A stretch of 64,000 nucleotides of DNA, taken from assembly GCF_037042905.1 (NCBI RefSeq), contig NC_087245.1:31622001-31686000 (forward strand). Reading direction: 5' to 3'. The position numbers and the translations under genes were made by a program. Source of the DNA: Lytechinus pictus (taxonomy: Eukaryota). The notes under the pieces are model-generated. The model saw only the letters and a list, made by a program, of their open reading frames with translations. It was not told where the DNA came from and searched no databases. Shown here in pieces: positions 49,822 to 62,900 of the stretch (positions within the stretch are counted from its first letter, which is position 1; each line of letters opens with the position of its first letter).

Positions 49822-50803
49822 AATAGATCGGGCAATCTTGTTCGTTGTGTCATCGTGTTGCTTCGTTACGGGTTCTTTCGAGATCGGTCCACTATGGCAA
49901 AAGCGCGAAGAGGGACTATGCGCGACAAAAACACACGAACGATAAATGAACGATTACCTTCTTCTTCTTCTTCTGTGTTGAATTCCTCCGTTCACCGGAG
50001 AACTGCAAGATCACCACAGACTAATAACAGAGATCTGTTATTTAGTCTGTGGTAAATTTTGAACATGTTTAAAATTTCCCGACGAATTGAAAAATCGTTG
50101 GTCATCTGTTTGAATTCGCATCTATTAGGTGTGAGGGGGCCTTAACCGAATTGCCTGAAATATGCCTTGCGATGGCTGGCGAAAGGCATGTTTTACAAAA
50201 TCGTTTTTAATGGTAACTGATGGTAAATCATATTTACCCTTTGTGCTTGGGTTCGTACATCTTCTGAACTAACAGCTGCGATTATTCAAATTCGCGAGGA
50301 AATTTTGAATATGTTTAAAATTTCCCGACGAATCGAAAAATCGTTGGTCATCTGTTTGAATTCGCATGTATTATTTAGTCTGCGGTAATCGTTCGTGTGT
50401 TTTTGTCGCGCATAGTCCCTAGCCCTCTTCGCGCTTTTGCCAAAGTGGACCGATCTAGAAAGAACCCGTAACGAAGCAATACGATGACACAACGAACAAG
50501 ATTGCCTGATCTATTCCCTCGTCTTCGTTTCTAATCGCACGTCATATCAAACCATTGGTCACTGTTCCATATCAACCCTTCGCTCGCCTTCGGCAGCAAT
50601 TTTCTCAAAGAGGTGAACCAAAAAATCGATATCCTTTGAATTTCATATTTGACCGTTCGTTGATAAAATTTGACAATAGTTGCGGATCGCATGATCTGAC
50701 GGAAATTTTATTTGGATTTCGTTGAATTCGCGTGCATTTCATTCATTTTCCCATTCGTCACCCTTCGTCCGCCTACATTCGGTCAGGTGTGAGGGGGCTT
50801 TTA
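49822..50803. mobile_element. Rearranged Harbinger-like element (internal inversion and duplication)
   Basis: 49822-49945 is inverted at 50385-50515. 50054-50122 is directly repeated at about 50300-50368. Two co-oriented ends GGTGTGAGGGGGC at about 50128 and 50786. Confidence 0.6.
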
Positions 50804-51150
50804 AACAATATTATGTTTAAAGTTTTAAGCATCGTTTTACAGCTCTCTCATATTGATAATAAGACATGCTGCAGAGAACTGTTTTAATGAAATAATGCAT
50901 AACGTTAAAATATCATTACTTATTCTAGCTATCTGGCAAGAAAAATGTATTCCACACTAAAATGCAAGGGTACATGATGAAACTCATAAAAAAAATATAT
51001 GGATCGGTAAATAAGCCTCAAGTAAGAGGGCATTTTTGCAATCACTGCGCGGACGCATTCTACAACGCACGGAATCTTTTGTCAAAAGCCCTATTTCAAT
51101 GACAAAACAGTTTTTGTCGAAATTCGGTGAATCAAAAGAGCAGTTTCGTC

Positions 51151-51291
51151 CTGGGGAGCATTTCATGAAAGGATTTGTCAGACGTTTTATCCGATAGTTA
51201 CCATAGTAACAGTACTTCTCATCCAATCAAAATCCAGAAAAGTTGTCAGATCTGACAACTTGTCGGACAAGAATGTTAATGAAACACCCCC
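51151..51291. mobile_element. Second copy of the RFX/CCAAT-bearing MITE, inserted in a palindromic element
   Basis: GTTACCATAGTAAC at 51197-51210, CCAAT and the AAGTTGTCAGATCTGACAACTT palindrome. Ends GGGGAGCATTTCAT / ATGAAACACCCC. Confidence 0.7.
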
Positions 51292-51459
51292 TTGGACTCT
51301 GCACAAACCACATATTTGCAATAATTATTGTTCGTGCAGTCCGAATCTTGGGACGATCTGTTGTCCCGGTCCACCAATTTTCGATAAAAGCCTCTAATTA
51401 GCTATCCATTGTGATTTGCGGCTTGCATTTTCACAGGAATTGGTGCACTGTGTGTTTGC

Positions 51460-53395
51460 GTAGTGATTGCGAAAATATTAGTAATAATATTCTTCTTTAA
51501 AAAATAAAAGTTAAGCTCTTGCCCCCCCTTTCTATTTCTTCTCCTCCTCCTCCTCCTTTAAGTCCTGTTCTTCTTTTTCTCCTTCCTCTTCTCTTTCTTC
51601 TTCTTCTCCTTATCCTGTTCCTTCTTCTTCTAATTCTTCTTCTTCTCCTCATTCTCCCCTCCCTCTCCGTCTTTCTCCTCCGCCTCCTTCTTTTCTTCTT
51701 CTCATCCTGCCCTCCTCCTTCTTCTACCTTCTTTTTCTTACTTTTATTCTTCTTCTTCTCCTCCTTTTTCTTCTTCTCCTCCTCCTCCCGTTTTTACTTC
51801 TTTTTCTTCTTCTCCCCCTCCTTCTTACTTCTTCTTCTACACTTCTTCTTTTTCTTCTCCTCATCCTCCTCCTTCTTCTTCTACTATATACTTCTTCTTC
51901 CTTTTCTTCTTTTATTCCTCCTTCTCCTTTACTTCTTCTTCTTCTGCTGATCTTCTCCTCCTCCTCTTTAATACAGACCGTCTCTTTCATTATTTTGTCT
52001 TCTCTCTGTTTAGCTGTATCATTCTTGTCCACATTGTATAAAAGACTCCCTCATCATGGACCTATGGTCTCATCACCTCTCTGATGTTACCGTCATCGTT
52101 ATCCCTCATATCTTCCTCCATGCAGGCTCTCAATGGCACAACTCAATCTTTTACAAAGAGCGCCATCAAATTGTACCGGTACAATAACAGCGGAGAGCAG
52201 TAGTGATTGCGAAAATACTAGTAATATTCTTCTTAAAAAAAAATCAAAGTTAAGCTCTTGCTCCCCCTTTCCATTTCCCCTCCTCCTCCTTAAAGTCCTT
52301 TTCTTCTTCTTCTTCTTCTTCTTCTTCTTCTTCTTCCTCTTCTCTTTCTTCTTCTTCTCCTTCTTCTTATTTGGCCTGTTCCTTCTTCTTTTCTTCTTCT
52401 AATTCTTCTTCTCCTCCTCATTCTCCCCTCCTCCTCCTCCTTCTTTTCTTCTTCTCATCCTGCCCTCCTTCTTCTACCTTCTTTTTCTTACTTTTCTTCT
52501 TCTTCTCCTCCTCCTTTTTACTTCTTTTTCTTCTTCTCCCCTCCTTCTTACTTCTTCTTCTACTACTTCTTCTTTTTCTTCTCCTCATCCTCCTCCTTCT
52601 TACTTCTTCTTCTACTACTTCTTCTTCCTTTTCTTCTTTTCTTCCTCCTCCTCCTTCTTCTAATTCTTCTTCTTCCGCGTGCTTCTTACTTTTCCTTTTC
52701 TTAATCTTCTTCTTCTGCTGATCGTCTCCTCCTCCTCCTACAGACCGTCTCTTTCATTATTTTGTCTTCTCTCTGTTTAGCTGTATCATTCTTGTCCACA
52801 TTGTATAAAAGACTCCCTCATCATGGACCTATGGTCTCATCACCTCTCTGATGTTACCGTCATCGTTATCCCTCATATCTTCCTCCATGCAGGCTCTCAA
52901 TGGCACAACTCAATCTTTTACAAAGAGCGCCATCAAATTGTACCGGTACAATAACAGCGGAGAGCAGTAGTAATTGCGAAAATACTAGTAATATTCTTCT
53001 TAAAAAAATCAAAGTTAAGCTCTTGCTCCCCCTTTCCATTCCCCCCCCCCTCCTCCTCCTTAAAGTCCTTTTCTTCTTCTTCTTCTTCCTCTTCTCTTTC
53101 TTCTTCTTCCCCTTCTTCTTATTTGGCCTGTTCCTTCTTCTTCTAATTCTTCTTCTCCTCCTCATTCTCCCCTCCTCCTCCTCCTTCTTTTCTTCTTCTC
53201 ATCCTGCCCTCCTTCTTCTACCTTCTTTTTCTTACTTTTCTTCTTCTTCTCCTCCTCCTTTTTATGGACCTATGGTCTCATCACCTCTCTGATGTTACCG
53301 TCATCGTTATCCCTCATATCTTCCTCCATGCAGGCTCTCAATGGCACAACTCAATCTTTTACAAAGAGCGCCATCAAATTAACACCGGAGAGCAG
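51460..53395. repeat. Tandem triplication, 767-bp period (CTT/CCT polypyrimidine tract plus a non-repetitive block)
   Basis: The identical block ATGGACCTATGG...GCGCCATCAAATT occurs at about 52056, 52823 and 53264. The third unit is internally deleted. Confidence 0.9.
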
Positions 53396-53399
53396 AAAA

Positions 53400-53591
53400 A
53401 ACTTCTGTGGGTGCTCTCGATCTTTGCTGCATGCATGCCTGCCGCACGAAGATAAGGACCTCCCTGCCTGCCGCCGCCCGCCCGACCCGATCGGACGACA
53501 ATATTGACTTGCCGAAAGGACTTTGTCACTTCGAGACTGTTTGGCTGAGACAGGTGGACAAACTTTTCGTGGAATTCCATAGTTAGACCAG
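53400..53591 (+). other. Probable first (non-coding) exon of a downstream gene
   Basis: Locally GC/CpG-rich segment ending in a consensus CAG|GTAAGT donor (GT at 53592). No downstream coding exon identified in the window. Confidence 0.45.
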
Positions 53592-53765
53592 GTAAGTATT
53601 TTTTGTAGATCTACTAATGGGCATGATGCACGAACCTTAATACAATATTATACGTGAGTAATTTTTATTTCTTGGTGTCATTAATTTATCTATTTTTGGC
53701 CTCTTACCACGCACCCACACAGGATTAGAAGGTATCGTCACTGCCGGCTGGTAGCGCAGTGGTAG

Positions 53766-55207
53766 TGGTAGGATGGGGGATCGGGTGTCCGGACACTTAA
53801 TATTTTTGAAGCCTTCTTTTTTGTCTTAAGATTACACTAAAAATATGAATTCAATAGTTGTAATCATCTTATATTTTGTTCTCTATAATATTTCCTTACA
53901 TTTTGTACTAAAAATTGATGACACTTCGCTTGTAATTTTTTCCAAATGACTTTCTAAAATTGATCGTCCGGACACACAACAACTGGGTATACTACTGGCA
54001 GCCGTTACCACTGCACTACCGCCTGGTAGCTGGTACAGTCCTCGTGAGGGTGTCGCTTAGCTCCGACTCCGAGCTACACCTCCGGCGCGGCGGCTGAGCT
54101 CAATGACATGACATGGATAGGGAAGAAAATAATTAAGAAGACAAGAGTTTGAAAAATATAGAATGAGAAAAACAAACAAAAGCACCCTCTCACAATAGAC
54201 AGCTGGCATAGTGGCAGCCGTCTGTTTTGAGGATTTTTTAAATATTTTACATTAAAAAGAATTTCTCCTCGTACACAGACAGCTCGCTATCGTGCAGCCA
54301 CCATTAGGGGGTAAACAATGCAAAATCCTCCCGACGGGGCTAGCCTGGCGGCTTCTGGGGAGTAAAAGTCATCTACTATACGTAGGCTTACTCCCGCATG
54401 AAGCCTGGGCCTGGGGATCATTCCTCTCTGTAGAGGCTAGGATTTGCCACGGTTACAGTAGATCTAAATCACAGATTGTATAAATCGTTTTGAGCCCAAA
54501 CTAACGTAAATGGGCCAAAACAATATTTCCCCCCGAATTTGATATTTTTGATTAATTTTTTTCTCAATAAATAGTATGAAATTTAAAGAAATTAAAGAGC
54601 ACTAGAGTTCACTTACCCAGTCTGTTAATGTTATGGTCGCCATCTTGAAGTCTTTGTTATCGATACCTAGATACCACACGCGTGTATAGCCGCCAACTTA
54701 GATTTAAAAAATACTTGCATTGGCCGAAAATATTATAAATCGTCAAATACTTGCATCGGTCGATAAATATCAAAAACCAATGTTTATGATATTTATCGAC
54801 CGTGGGAAATCCTAGCCTCTACAGAGAGGAATGATCCCCAGGCCCAGGCTTTATGCGGGAGTAAGCCTACGTATAGTAGATGACTTTTACTCCCCAGAAG
54901 CCTCCAGGCTAGACGGGGCTCAACGATCTTTGTCTTTATTTCATAAAAATATATAAAAAGAACTGTATACCCAGTTGTTGTGTGTCCGGACAGGTTGTGT
55001 GTCCGGACGATCAATTTTAGAAAGTCATTTGGAAAAAATTACAAGCGAAGTTTCATCAATTTTTAGTACAAAGTGTTAGGAAATATTATAAAGAACAAAA
55101 CAGAAGATGATTACAACTATTGAATTCATATTTTTAGTGTAATCCAAAGACAAAAAAAAGGCTTCAAAAAGATAAACTGTCCGGACACCCGACCCCCCAT
55201 TCTACCA
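53766..55207. mobile_element. Element with ~230-bp inverted arms
   Basis: 53766-53992 is the reverse complement of about 54966-55207 (TGGTAGGATGGGGG...CCCCCCATTCTACCA). No TSD seen. Confidence 0.7.
54341..54911. mobile_element. Young MITE with TAG...CTA termini, ~113-bp TIRs and 8-bp TSD (hAT- or AcademH-like)
   Basis: TAGCCTGG...CCAGGCTA. TSD GACGGGGC at 54333-54340 and 54912-54919. Confidence 0.85.
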
Positions 55208-55699
55208 AAATAAAATATTCCGTTTTGGCCTGAAATGCACCAAAACAGGGAAAAATAAACTTAAAAGGGGAAAAAACAGTGACTTACTTCGGCTGTCACT
55301 TAACTTCACTTCCCTGTTTTATCCAAACTTAATACATAAACATATGGCCATTGAGTCCCCTGTACAGATCGAGCTAGAACTTCGGTCTCTGTATTTTGGT
55401 GAGTGGAGCCAACGGAGTTCAGCAGAACAACCAACATAACAGAGACCGAAGCTTTTGGTCTACCTCTCACATTGATTCTTCAATCAAGTATTTGGAATCC
55501 AAATTCTTTTGTATTGAAGTAAAGAACTTGATCGGGAAATTGAAATGGAGATGAAAATTATTGTTGATGTTCTGTCAGAGAGCAGCAAGACAAAATACTT
55601 TTCAGTTGTAACATGTTTGAAAAAGCCAGGATTCCCCACCTCACGTCATATTACGAACAATAACGAAGACGGGGAAGCTTTCCTAAGTGCAGAAACATG

Positions 55700-56123
55700 A
55701 CGAGAATTCACAATTGTCTTGTCTTCCCGTTAATGCCCACAATCATTATATTGATTATTATGGCATATGAACATCATTCAAGATTGACTTGACATGAATT
55801 ATACCGGGACTTGCATGTGCAATACACTGGGTGAACACCCTACTCTTTGACGAATAGTGTATTGGTTTTAACATGCATAGGTTGTGAGTTGTGACTCTCC
55901 TGTACACGGGACCAACATTTGCGTCCTTTCTGATGGACGGAGCATTTTCCAACTGCATTCACACCTGCACTGAATACAGTGGTGAGACACGCTAACACAC
56001 AACGCTATATAGCATCAGATTTTTTGTTAGATGCGTTTCGGCATGAGCGGGACTCGAACCCCTCACGTTGAGATCTACAATCTTATCCGAAACATGCGCT
56101 CTAACCGACTGAGCTACGCTGCC
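55700..56123 (-). mobile_element. tRNA-derived SINE with Deu-domain-like core (DeuSINE)
   Basis: Minus strand: A box TAGCTCAGTCGGTTAGAGC and B box GGTTCGAGTCC. Core ...CACTATTCGTCAAAGAGTAGGGTGTTCACCCAGTGT resembles the AmnSINE1/DeuSINE domain as recalled. 3' boundary approximate. Confidence 0.7.
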
Positions 56124-56449
56124 TCTCCTAAATTTGTGATGGTCTTATGATTTTAAATTGTAAAAAATTAAAACAAGCCATGAATTTCTAAAAAATCAAC
56201 ATCCCTCCTTGCAAGCTGCACAACACAAACCATACGGGCGAGTTCATAGAAATTTGACCATCAATCAACTTGTAAGATTTTTTTCTGAAATAAGTATAAT
56301 TGATGCAAAAATACATACATATTCATATTATTATTCATCCCTGTTCTCGGTCAAGTTATTAAAAGAAAAATAAGCATAGATGTCCTCCAGTAATTGGTTA
56401 CTGTGAATGTGTGTTGACTCATAAAATTACGGGTTGACGGTACCATGTC

Positions 56450-56697
56450 GTTGTGCGAACTGCGAATCCCAGCCATGGCGTAATTTCCTTCAGCAAGAAA
56501 TTTATCCACATTGTGCTGCACTCAACCCAGGTGAGGTGAATGGGTACCCGGTAGGATTAATTCCTTGAATGCATGAGCGCTGAAAGGCAGCTCGAGCTAA
56601 AGCCGGGGTAATAATAATGATAACATCGCGCCTCGGAATAGAATATTTCTAGATACATGTAGATGGCGCTATATAAATGCCTATTATTATTATTATT
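56450..56697 (+). mobile_element. 5'-damaged tRNA-derived SINE with (TAT)n tail
   Basis: High similarity to the minus-strand copy at 1582-2383. Ends GCGCTATATAAATGCCTATTATTATT. Confidence 0.8.
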
Positions 56698-57069
56698 GAT
56701 CAGATCATGGACCGACAACAAATTATGTCCATGCTCAAACCACTATATATAGGCCTACTGGTGAAATGTGTTTGGCAATGTTTGGACGATTGTTTATATT
56801 CCCTTGATCTAGTGGATAAGTGCTTGATTATTGTGCAGTCGGTTCCTCCTACACTATATTGTTAATTGCATAACTTGGTCGCAGGCTAAATTCATTTCCC
56901 TCAAGTGTGAAGGAGCCACATATCTGCAGACCTAAAAAATAAACTTTATTAAGCATTTAAAACATGAGTTTCAGTTGATGATGTTCATTATGACATACTT
57001 CAAATAAAAAGGGGGAAAAAGTGATCACTTGGTCTACATGTACAAGCTAGTATGTTATTTACTTGGTTC

Positions 57070-57200
57070 GCTAGTACCCTTTGGTAAGGCATTAATCCTC
57101 ATTACCAGGTCCCTTGGAAAGGACCTTAAGACGTCGGTCCTCTGGTTGCTTGCTTACAAGCATTCATGCTTTCTTAGCAATCGGGTAAAAAAAAATCATC
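57070..57200 (+). mobile_element. SINE body fragment
   Basis: Homologous to 40600-40810; A-rich end. Confidence 0.5.
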
Positions 57201-57886
57201 ACCATTATATTTGCCCTCCACCTGAACCATAGTACAAAGTTTGCATGAGTTTCAATAACTATGGAACTTTCACAAAGTGTTTTATGCTTGGATGGTTCAC
57301 CCTTTGAGACACAATACACAATACAAGTTGAAAGTTAAGAAAACAACTTTTAAAATAGGTTGTTTCTCATTCTCTATTCATGGAGAACTTCTGTAGAATA
57401 AGTACCAGTGTGTATATATGCACAATGCACTGTTTATGTGCATGGTAGGAAAAGGTGGTCATCTGCAGGCAGAGTTTAGCGTTTGTATTCATCATCATCA
57501 TCCGTTTAAGTACAGTCCACCAGGTTGGTGTATTCTTACCAGTGCCCACCAGAAATTTTTCAACAAAGGCTGATTTTACTGATGATCATGAAAAGATATT
57601 TATAGAAATTCAGTGTCATCAAAGACTTTGGAAATCAACTACCAGAATTTTTAAGTAAGAACTAAACTTTCAAATATTTCATTATCTAACCTTTGGTCAA
57701 CCATATGAGACCATACATGTATGAATAAGATTAGATATACAGAGCAGGATTTCTCAATTTTTTTATTTTTTATTTGTTGGCATGTAACGTCAGCTTTGAT
57801 TAAATTGTCCAGTATGAAGGTAGGGGAAAATTGTGTCTATGTGACCAACAGACACATATCAATTACCTTGTACATACTGCAAATAA

Positions 57887-58665
57887 GGCTGCGTTTATGC
57901 GACCTCAAAACACAAACATGAATCACAATATCACAGAATCAGCGTTTAGACGACCTTCATTCCAATGCTGTTTCTCCTCAGATTCGGGCCAATCCAGTGC
58001 GCATCACTAGTGCGCAGTTTGACAGAGGAAGTTTTTCGCATGTGTTTCGGCTCTCGAAAAATCTTTGCTTCCAGAATTCAGTCTATACCTCATTTTGTTT
58101 ACTTCTATCATATAGGGTCCATATGCTTCTATTCATCTTGTTAATTTATCCAAAATGGTGTTCGGAAGTGAATTTCAGCGTAGATCCAATTAATATTGAT
58201 AATGTATACTCAACAACAACTGAGATCATTGTCTGTCCAGTTAATTTATTTACTAGAACTTGAAGTTGAAGACATGACCAAAAAATGAAAAGTAGTGGAC
58301 GATGCGATGACCAACACAGAACTTGAACATGACAAGAAATGCATGCGTAGTACATAATCATGTATAATACAATGAGCATATAGAGCGCCTTGAGCTTGGC
58401 AAGAGTCAAACCGAAAGTAGCCCGACACAACAGTGAGGTCATAGAATCATGATTGTAATCACGATATTGTTTATTCAAACATTTTCGTACGTGATTCTGC
58501 AGAAACGTCTTTCCAAACACCCCTTTTTTCGTGTTTCATGTTTGTGATTCTAATCATGATTATATTCAATTTCGACTAAACGCAATCGTGATTCTGCAGA
58601 ATCATGATTTGAATCATGATTCAGATCATGATTCTAGGGTAAGAAAGTGGCGGATAAACGCACCC
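57887..58665. mobile_element. PIF/Harbinger-type MITE with TAA TSD
   Basis: TAA|GGCTGCGTTTATGCG ... CGGATAAACGCACCC|TAA. Subterminal AATCATGATT repeats. Confidence 0.8.
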
Positions 58666-61089
58666 TAAGACAGGTCAGTTTTGAACAAGAATTGGTTGTT
58701 TATCTTGGATCTTGAAGCACCAATACAGTATACACTATTAAAGTCTGCTGGTACCCTTACAAAATATACATTCTTGGCTTTCAGCTCCTTTATTTGGTTT
58801 TCGGCTTTTCAAGATTGCTCATGCATAATCATCCTGATTTACGGAGATTTGGGTCTGAACTTCCATTGTTTGCATTTGTGAAATCTGTGATTATATCTTG
58901 GAACAAATCCTATAAGAGTTAAATCACAAAAATGTGTGTGAGGGCATGTGTGCTTGTGCATGTGTGCATATCTGGAGAACAAAAATGTAATTTCTTTGTA
59001 TTTTGTATTTCTCTGAGGAGCGATATTCACGATTGTTCCTGTTGCTTTGCCATTTTTATTTATAGCCCAACTAAAGAATGAAGGAGGAGAAAGGGGGAGG
59101 CTTCTTTTACCTTTCATGTGATCTAAACTACATACAGTGAAAAAAATACACGGGGGTGGCGGGCAAATTTGCCCCGGTAATGCCTAAAGTCGCCCTCGAA
59201 ATCACCCAAAATCATGCTTTTGGGGGCGACATAAAATCTGAATGTCGCCCCCGAAATTATTGCCGAGTGATAACAACTCAACGACCCACTAGCACCATAT
59301 GCCCGAGCTCCGCTTGCCATTTAAAAATCATCAAAAATCCACACTCAAAATCATGAATAAGCCTTGAAAATAGCGAGGAACGCAGTTTCAAATTCTGAAG
59401 TTGCGTCTTTTTTTCTGTACCACGTATTGCCACACACATGGTACCAGGTATGGAAAAAAAAAATCAAAGCGACGGTCGGGAAACAGTCGCATGTATAGGG
59501 GTATGACTACCACCATGTGCAATTTGTAATGCACATGTTTCCAGTACAGATATCACAATTCTGTGATAAAATAATTCGAATTACACAGGAAATAAATCCC
59601 AGAGTCTAGTAACCTAACATTGGTGAGTTGTCATTCGGCTTTGCTTTTCAAAACGGCCTATTAACATCCAAAATAACTTACCTTATTTATTAATTATAAC
59701 TTAAAAATCATTTGTTTTATTTTTCTCGGGGATGTGGTACATGTAAATATCAGGCAATAAATCATCAAACAAAGCTCCATCTATTTTACAAGGCCGGCGC
59801 CAGGCCGGCGCACACATTGGCGGTTGTATTAGCTAGCCAGTCTGAGCTCTGTCTCTCTGCCAGAGCTCTGGGGGACAATTCACTCAGTAAAGGCCTCAAT
59901 GATGGTGATTTTCTGTTTCAGACAGAGTTTACATTTCAGGTATATTATTCAAAACTGCCAATAAAGTTTGATGATTTCTTCATTGTCATGTATATTTAAG
60001 TTCTTAATGAATACATTCTCACCAAATTTAGACTCCCTCATAGAGAAATGCAATTTTCATGGAGATCTGCATTTTCAAAGAACTTCACGAAAAGTTAGGG
60101 TATGTGGGCCTTTATTACATGCACATGGCCGAGTACAGGGTATTGTACTGGAATAGACAGAGTAGAAATTAGATATTGAATTCATTTATATCCCAGTCCA
60201 ACTCACAGTCACACCCACACACACACACCCAAGATTCTAAGCATGAAAAACATAACTTAAAAAATCTTACAATATTAAACAAAAAGTAATAATTCATTAA
60301 TAAGTGAACAGGTATTCCTCAAAATACAAAAAAGTAGCATTCAAAATGAGCCCCCGAAATGCAAAAAGTAGCTCCCAAAAGATAGAAATGGAGCCCCCGA
60401 AATTTGACAAAAAATTTAAAATGGAGCCCCCGAAATTAATTTTTTTTTTTTTTCCCTGACTACATATATACTTCATCCTTTTGGCAAAAATACCCCTTAC
60501 TGGTTGTTTTATAGTGCTGTCCAATACCTAATATTTCATGTATTATAATTTATATTGGCGTAGCACAGTGATTCCAAGATGCTGTGTAATTTACATTGTA
60601 GGACTAGATTTGGTTCGAAAAGGAAGGGCCGATAATTCGCGCAGTTGTGACCCTGTTATGTCAAATTCTCATTAAGTTGTAAAAAAAAAATCTTTTTTGG
60701 ATTAAAACCTCCTAAACTGAAAAGTTATTGCTTGGACTTCAGAATGAAAATATCAGTTTATATGAATTTGGCCCAGCATTTATTAAAAAGGATGAAGTTG
60801 GTTGGTCACATTAACTTCAGTCCATTACCTAATGGAATGTCAGCCTACATGTACATGTAGTAGTTTGCCTATATTTGCAATACCTGTGTCCCATCATATA
60901 GGCCTATTTATTTAGCCAAGAGAAAGTACTGTACATTCAGACCGCAGGTCCCTATGCTAATGAGCAAAAAGGCCAGATTCATCCAAATCATCTCGTGGCT
61001 GAATCCTCCTCCTTGCAAATTCTCGTGATTCGTGAGATTTTCTTTCTCTAAGAATTTACCTGTTTTAACCTCAAGTTAAATGAAATATT

Positions 61090-61870
61090 ATTGCACCATC
61101 AGATAGAGTAAAGGTTACACTTGGATATTGGTCATTTCTTTTGTATACAATATTTTGTTAAATAAGTAAATTTCTGGCCTGAAAATGCCTCAAAACTGAA
61201 TTTTCTTCCTCTGTTTTCTTTTGCAAATTGTGCAAAACTTTTTATTTTGAGCCTCAATGATATATATATCAACATAAAGCTGAACTTCTGTACTTTCTCA
61301 CAATGCCACTCTTGATATGCGGCACCTTTTAATCGGGTCAAGATCACACTTTTCCCACCAAGGTACAAGACGAGATTTCTGAAATTTTGTACCTGCATGA
61401 AATCCAGAGTTCTGATTGGCTGGATAAGGGTCACAGAACAACAGGCGCGGGGTATTTGAGGAGATTACCACATGGGAAGTGTGACCTTCCCATGAGCCCA
61501 GGCTCTAGAACCGTTGGAATTTGACAGTGTGTGGTCTGTTTGACCAATCAGAGTGCAGTATTCTTGTTTTCAAGCTGCTTTATGTACTTGGCAAATGAAA
61601 AGTGTGATCTTGACCCGATTAAACCAATTCTTATTTTGAAACCTATATCATTTTAAAGCATACATATTCAGCTTTATCATGATCTAAAAATCATTTGGGC
61701 TCAAACAAAAATAAAGTGTGAAAATAGCAGCTTTTGTCAGGTGAAAATAATTATTTTGTAGCATATTTTAGATCAAAATTTTAACCTATATTACAAAATC
61801 TTTGAACAAATCTAAACACATGAGCTGAAAGAATGATTCTTCCTCTTTACAATGATACCAAATTTATGAA
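61090..61870. mobile_element. Old palindromic non-autonomous element
   Basis: AATCGGGTCAAGATCACACTTTT (61331-61353) is perfectly inverted at 61598-61620, with further degenerate pairing outward. Boundaries approximate. Confidence 0.55.
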
Positions 61871-62339
61871 ATTCGATGCACAATTAGAGCAGCAATGACC
61901 GAATGAAAAGAGGTGTTTTGGTCCGCATCAAGCTCATTAAATATGCAAAACTTCTCAAGTCATGAATATCACTTGGATGAAAGAAGCCACTTTCTTGGGA
62001 CCTGCCGTCTGACTGTGTAATGTGTACTTGTTATGACTCTGTGTCCATAGACGCAATGATTAATGGTGGTGTTTGGTGCAGAGAGTTGTTAGTGTCTGGT
62101 TTTGTTTATGCCCAGAATAGACAGGATGTGATATGAACATCAAAGCTGAATATAACTCCCTGGTTTGTGCATGCATTTTCAGTGTATGCTATAAAATGGA
62201 AACCACTTTGGGTTGGAACTGGAAGTGTACAATCTAGTGCAGTCGGAAGGAGAGGAAGCAGGGTGGCATGATCAATACAATGTTATAGTCCTGAAAATTT
62301 GCAGCTCTGATTTTTAATAGATTTTCTATTCTGTTCAAA

Positions 62340-62900
62340 TCCAGGCTGAAGATGTATTTATGTCTCAATAAATAGAGTAAAATTCACAAAGCAAAATGCT
62401 GAAAATTTATTTGGTCAGAATCAGAATTTTAAAGAATTGCAGTATTCCGGTGAAACAGTCTTCGTGAATATTCATTAGGTGGGCTGATGATGTCATATCC
62501 CCACTTATTCTTTTGTATTTTATTAAAAATATGAAATTAGGTTTATTCAAAATTTGTCTACCAAGAACTATTAGATTGACAACTGATTTGATTGCATTAA
62601 TTAGTTAATTATTGCTGCAACTTATTTCATCATAAATTTACACATTTATGAGAAATTGAAACAATCATGATTTCATAATAATATAAGAAAGAGGAAAATG
62701 GGGATGTGGAATCATCAGCCCACCTAATGAATATTCATGGAGACATGCCTAGAACTTTTTCACCGGAATAATGCATATCTTTAAATTCACTATTTACTTT
62801 GTTATTTGTTATCCGATTTTGATCAAGTTATCAGCGGTTTGCTTTGTGAATTATACTCTATTTATTTTAGATAAAAGCACCTTCAGCCCGGAGTATCCCT
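62340..62900. mobile_element. Second, more degenerate copy of the Kolobok-type MITE
   Basis: Collinear with 7280-7872 (AATAGAGTAAAATTCAC..GGTGGGCTGATGATGTCATATCCCCACTT..). Right end TCCCT|TAA. Confidence 0.8.

Noticed and set aside
56040..56123. tRNA gene on the minus strand
   Set aside because: Acceptor and T stems pair poorly and the sequence continues into a SINE body.
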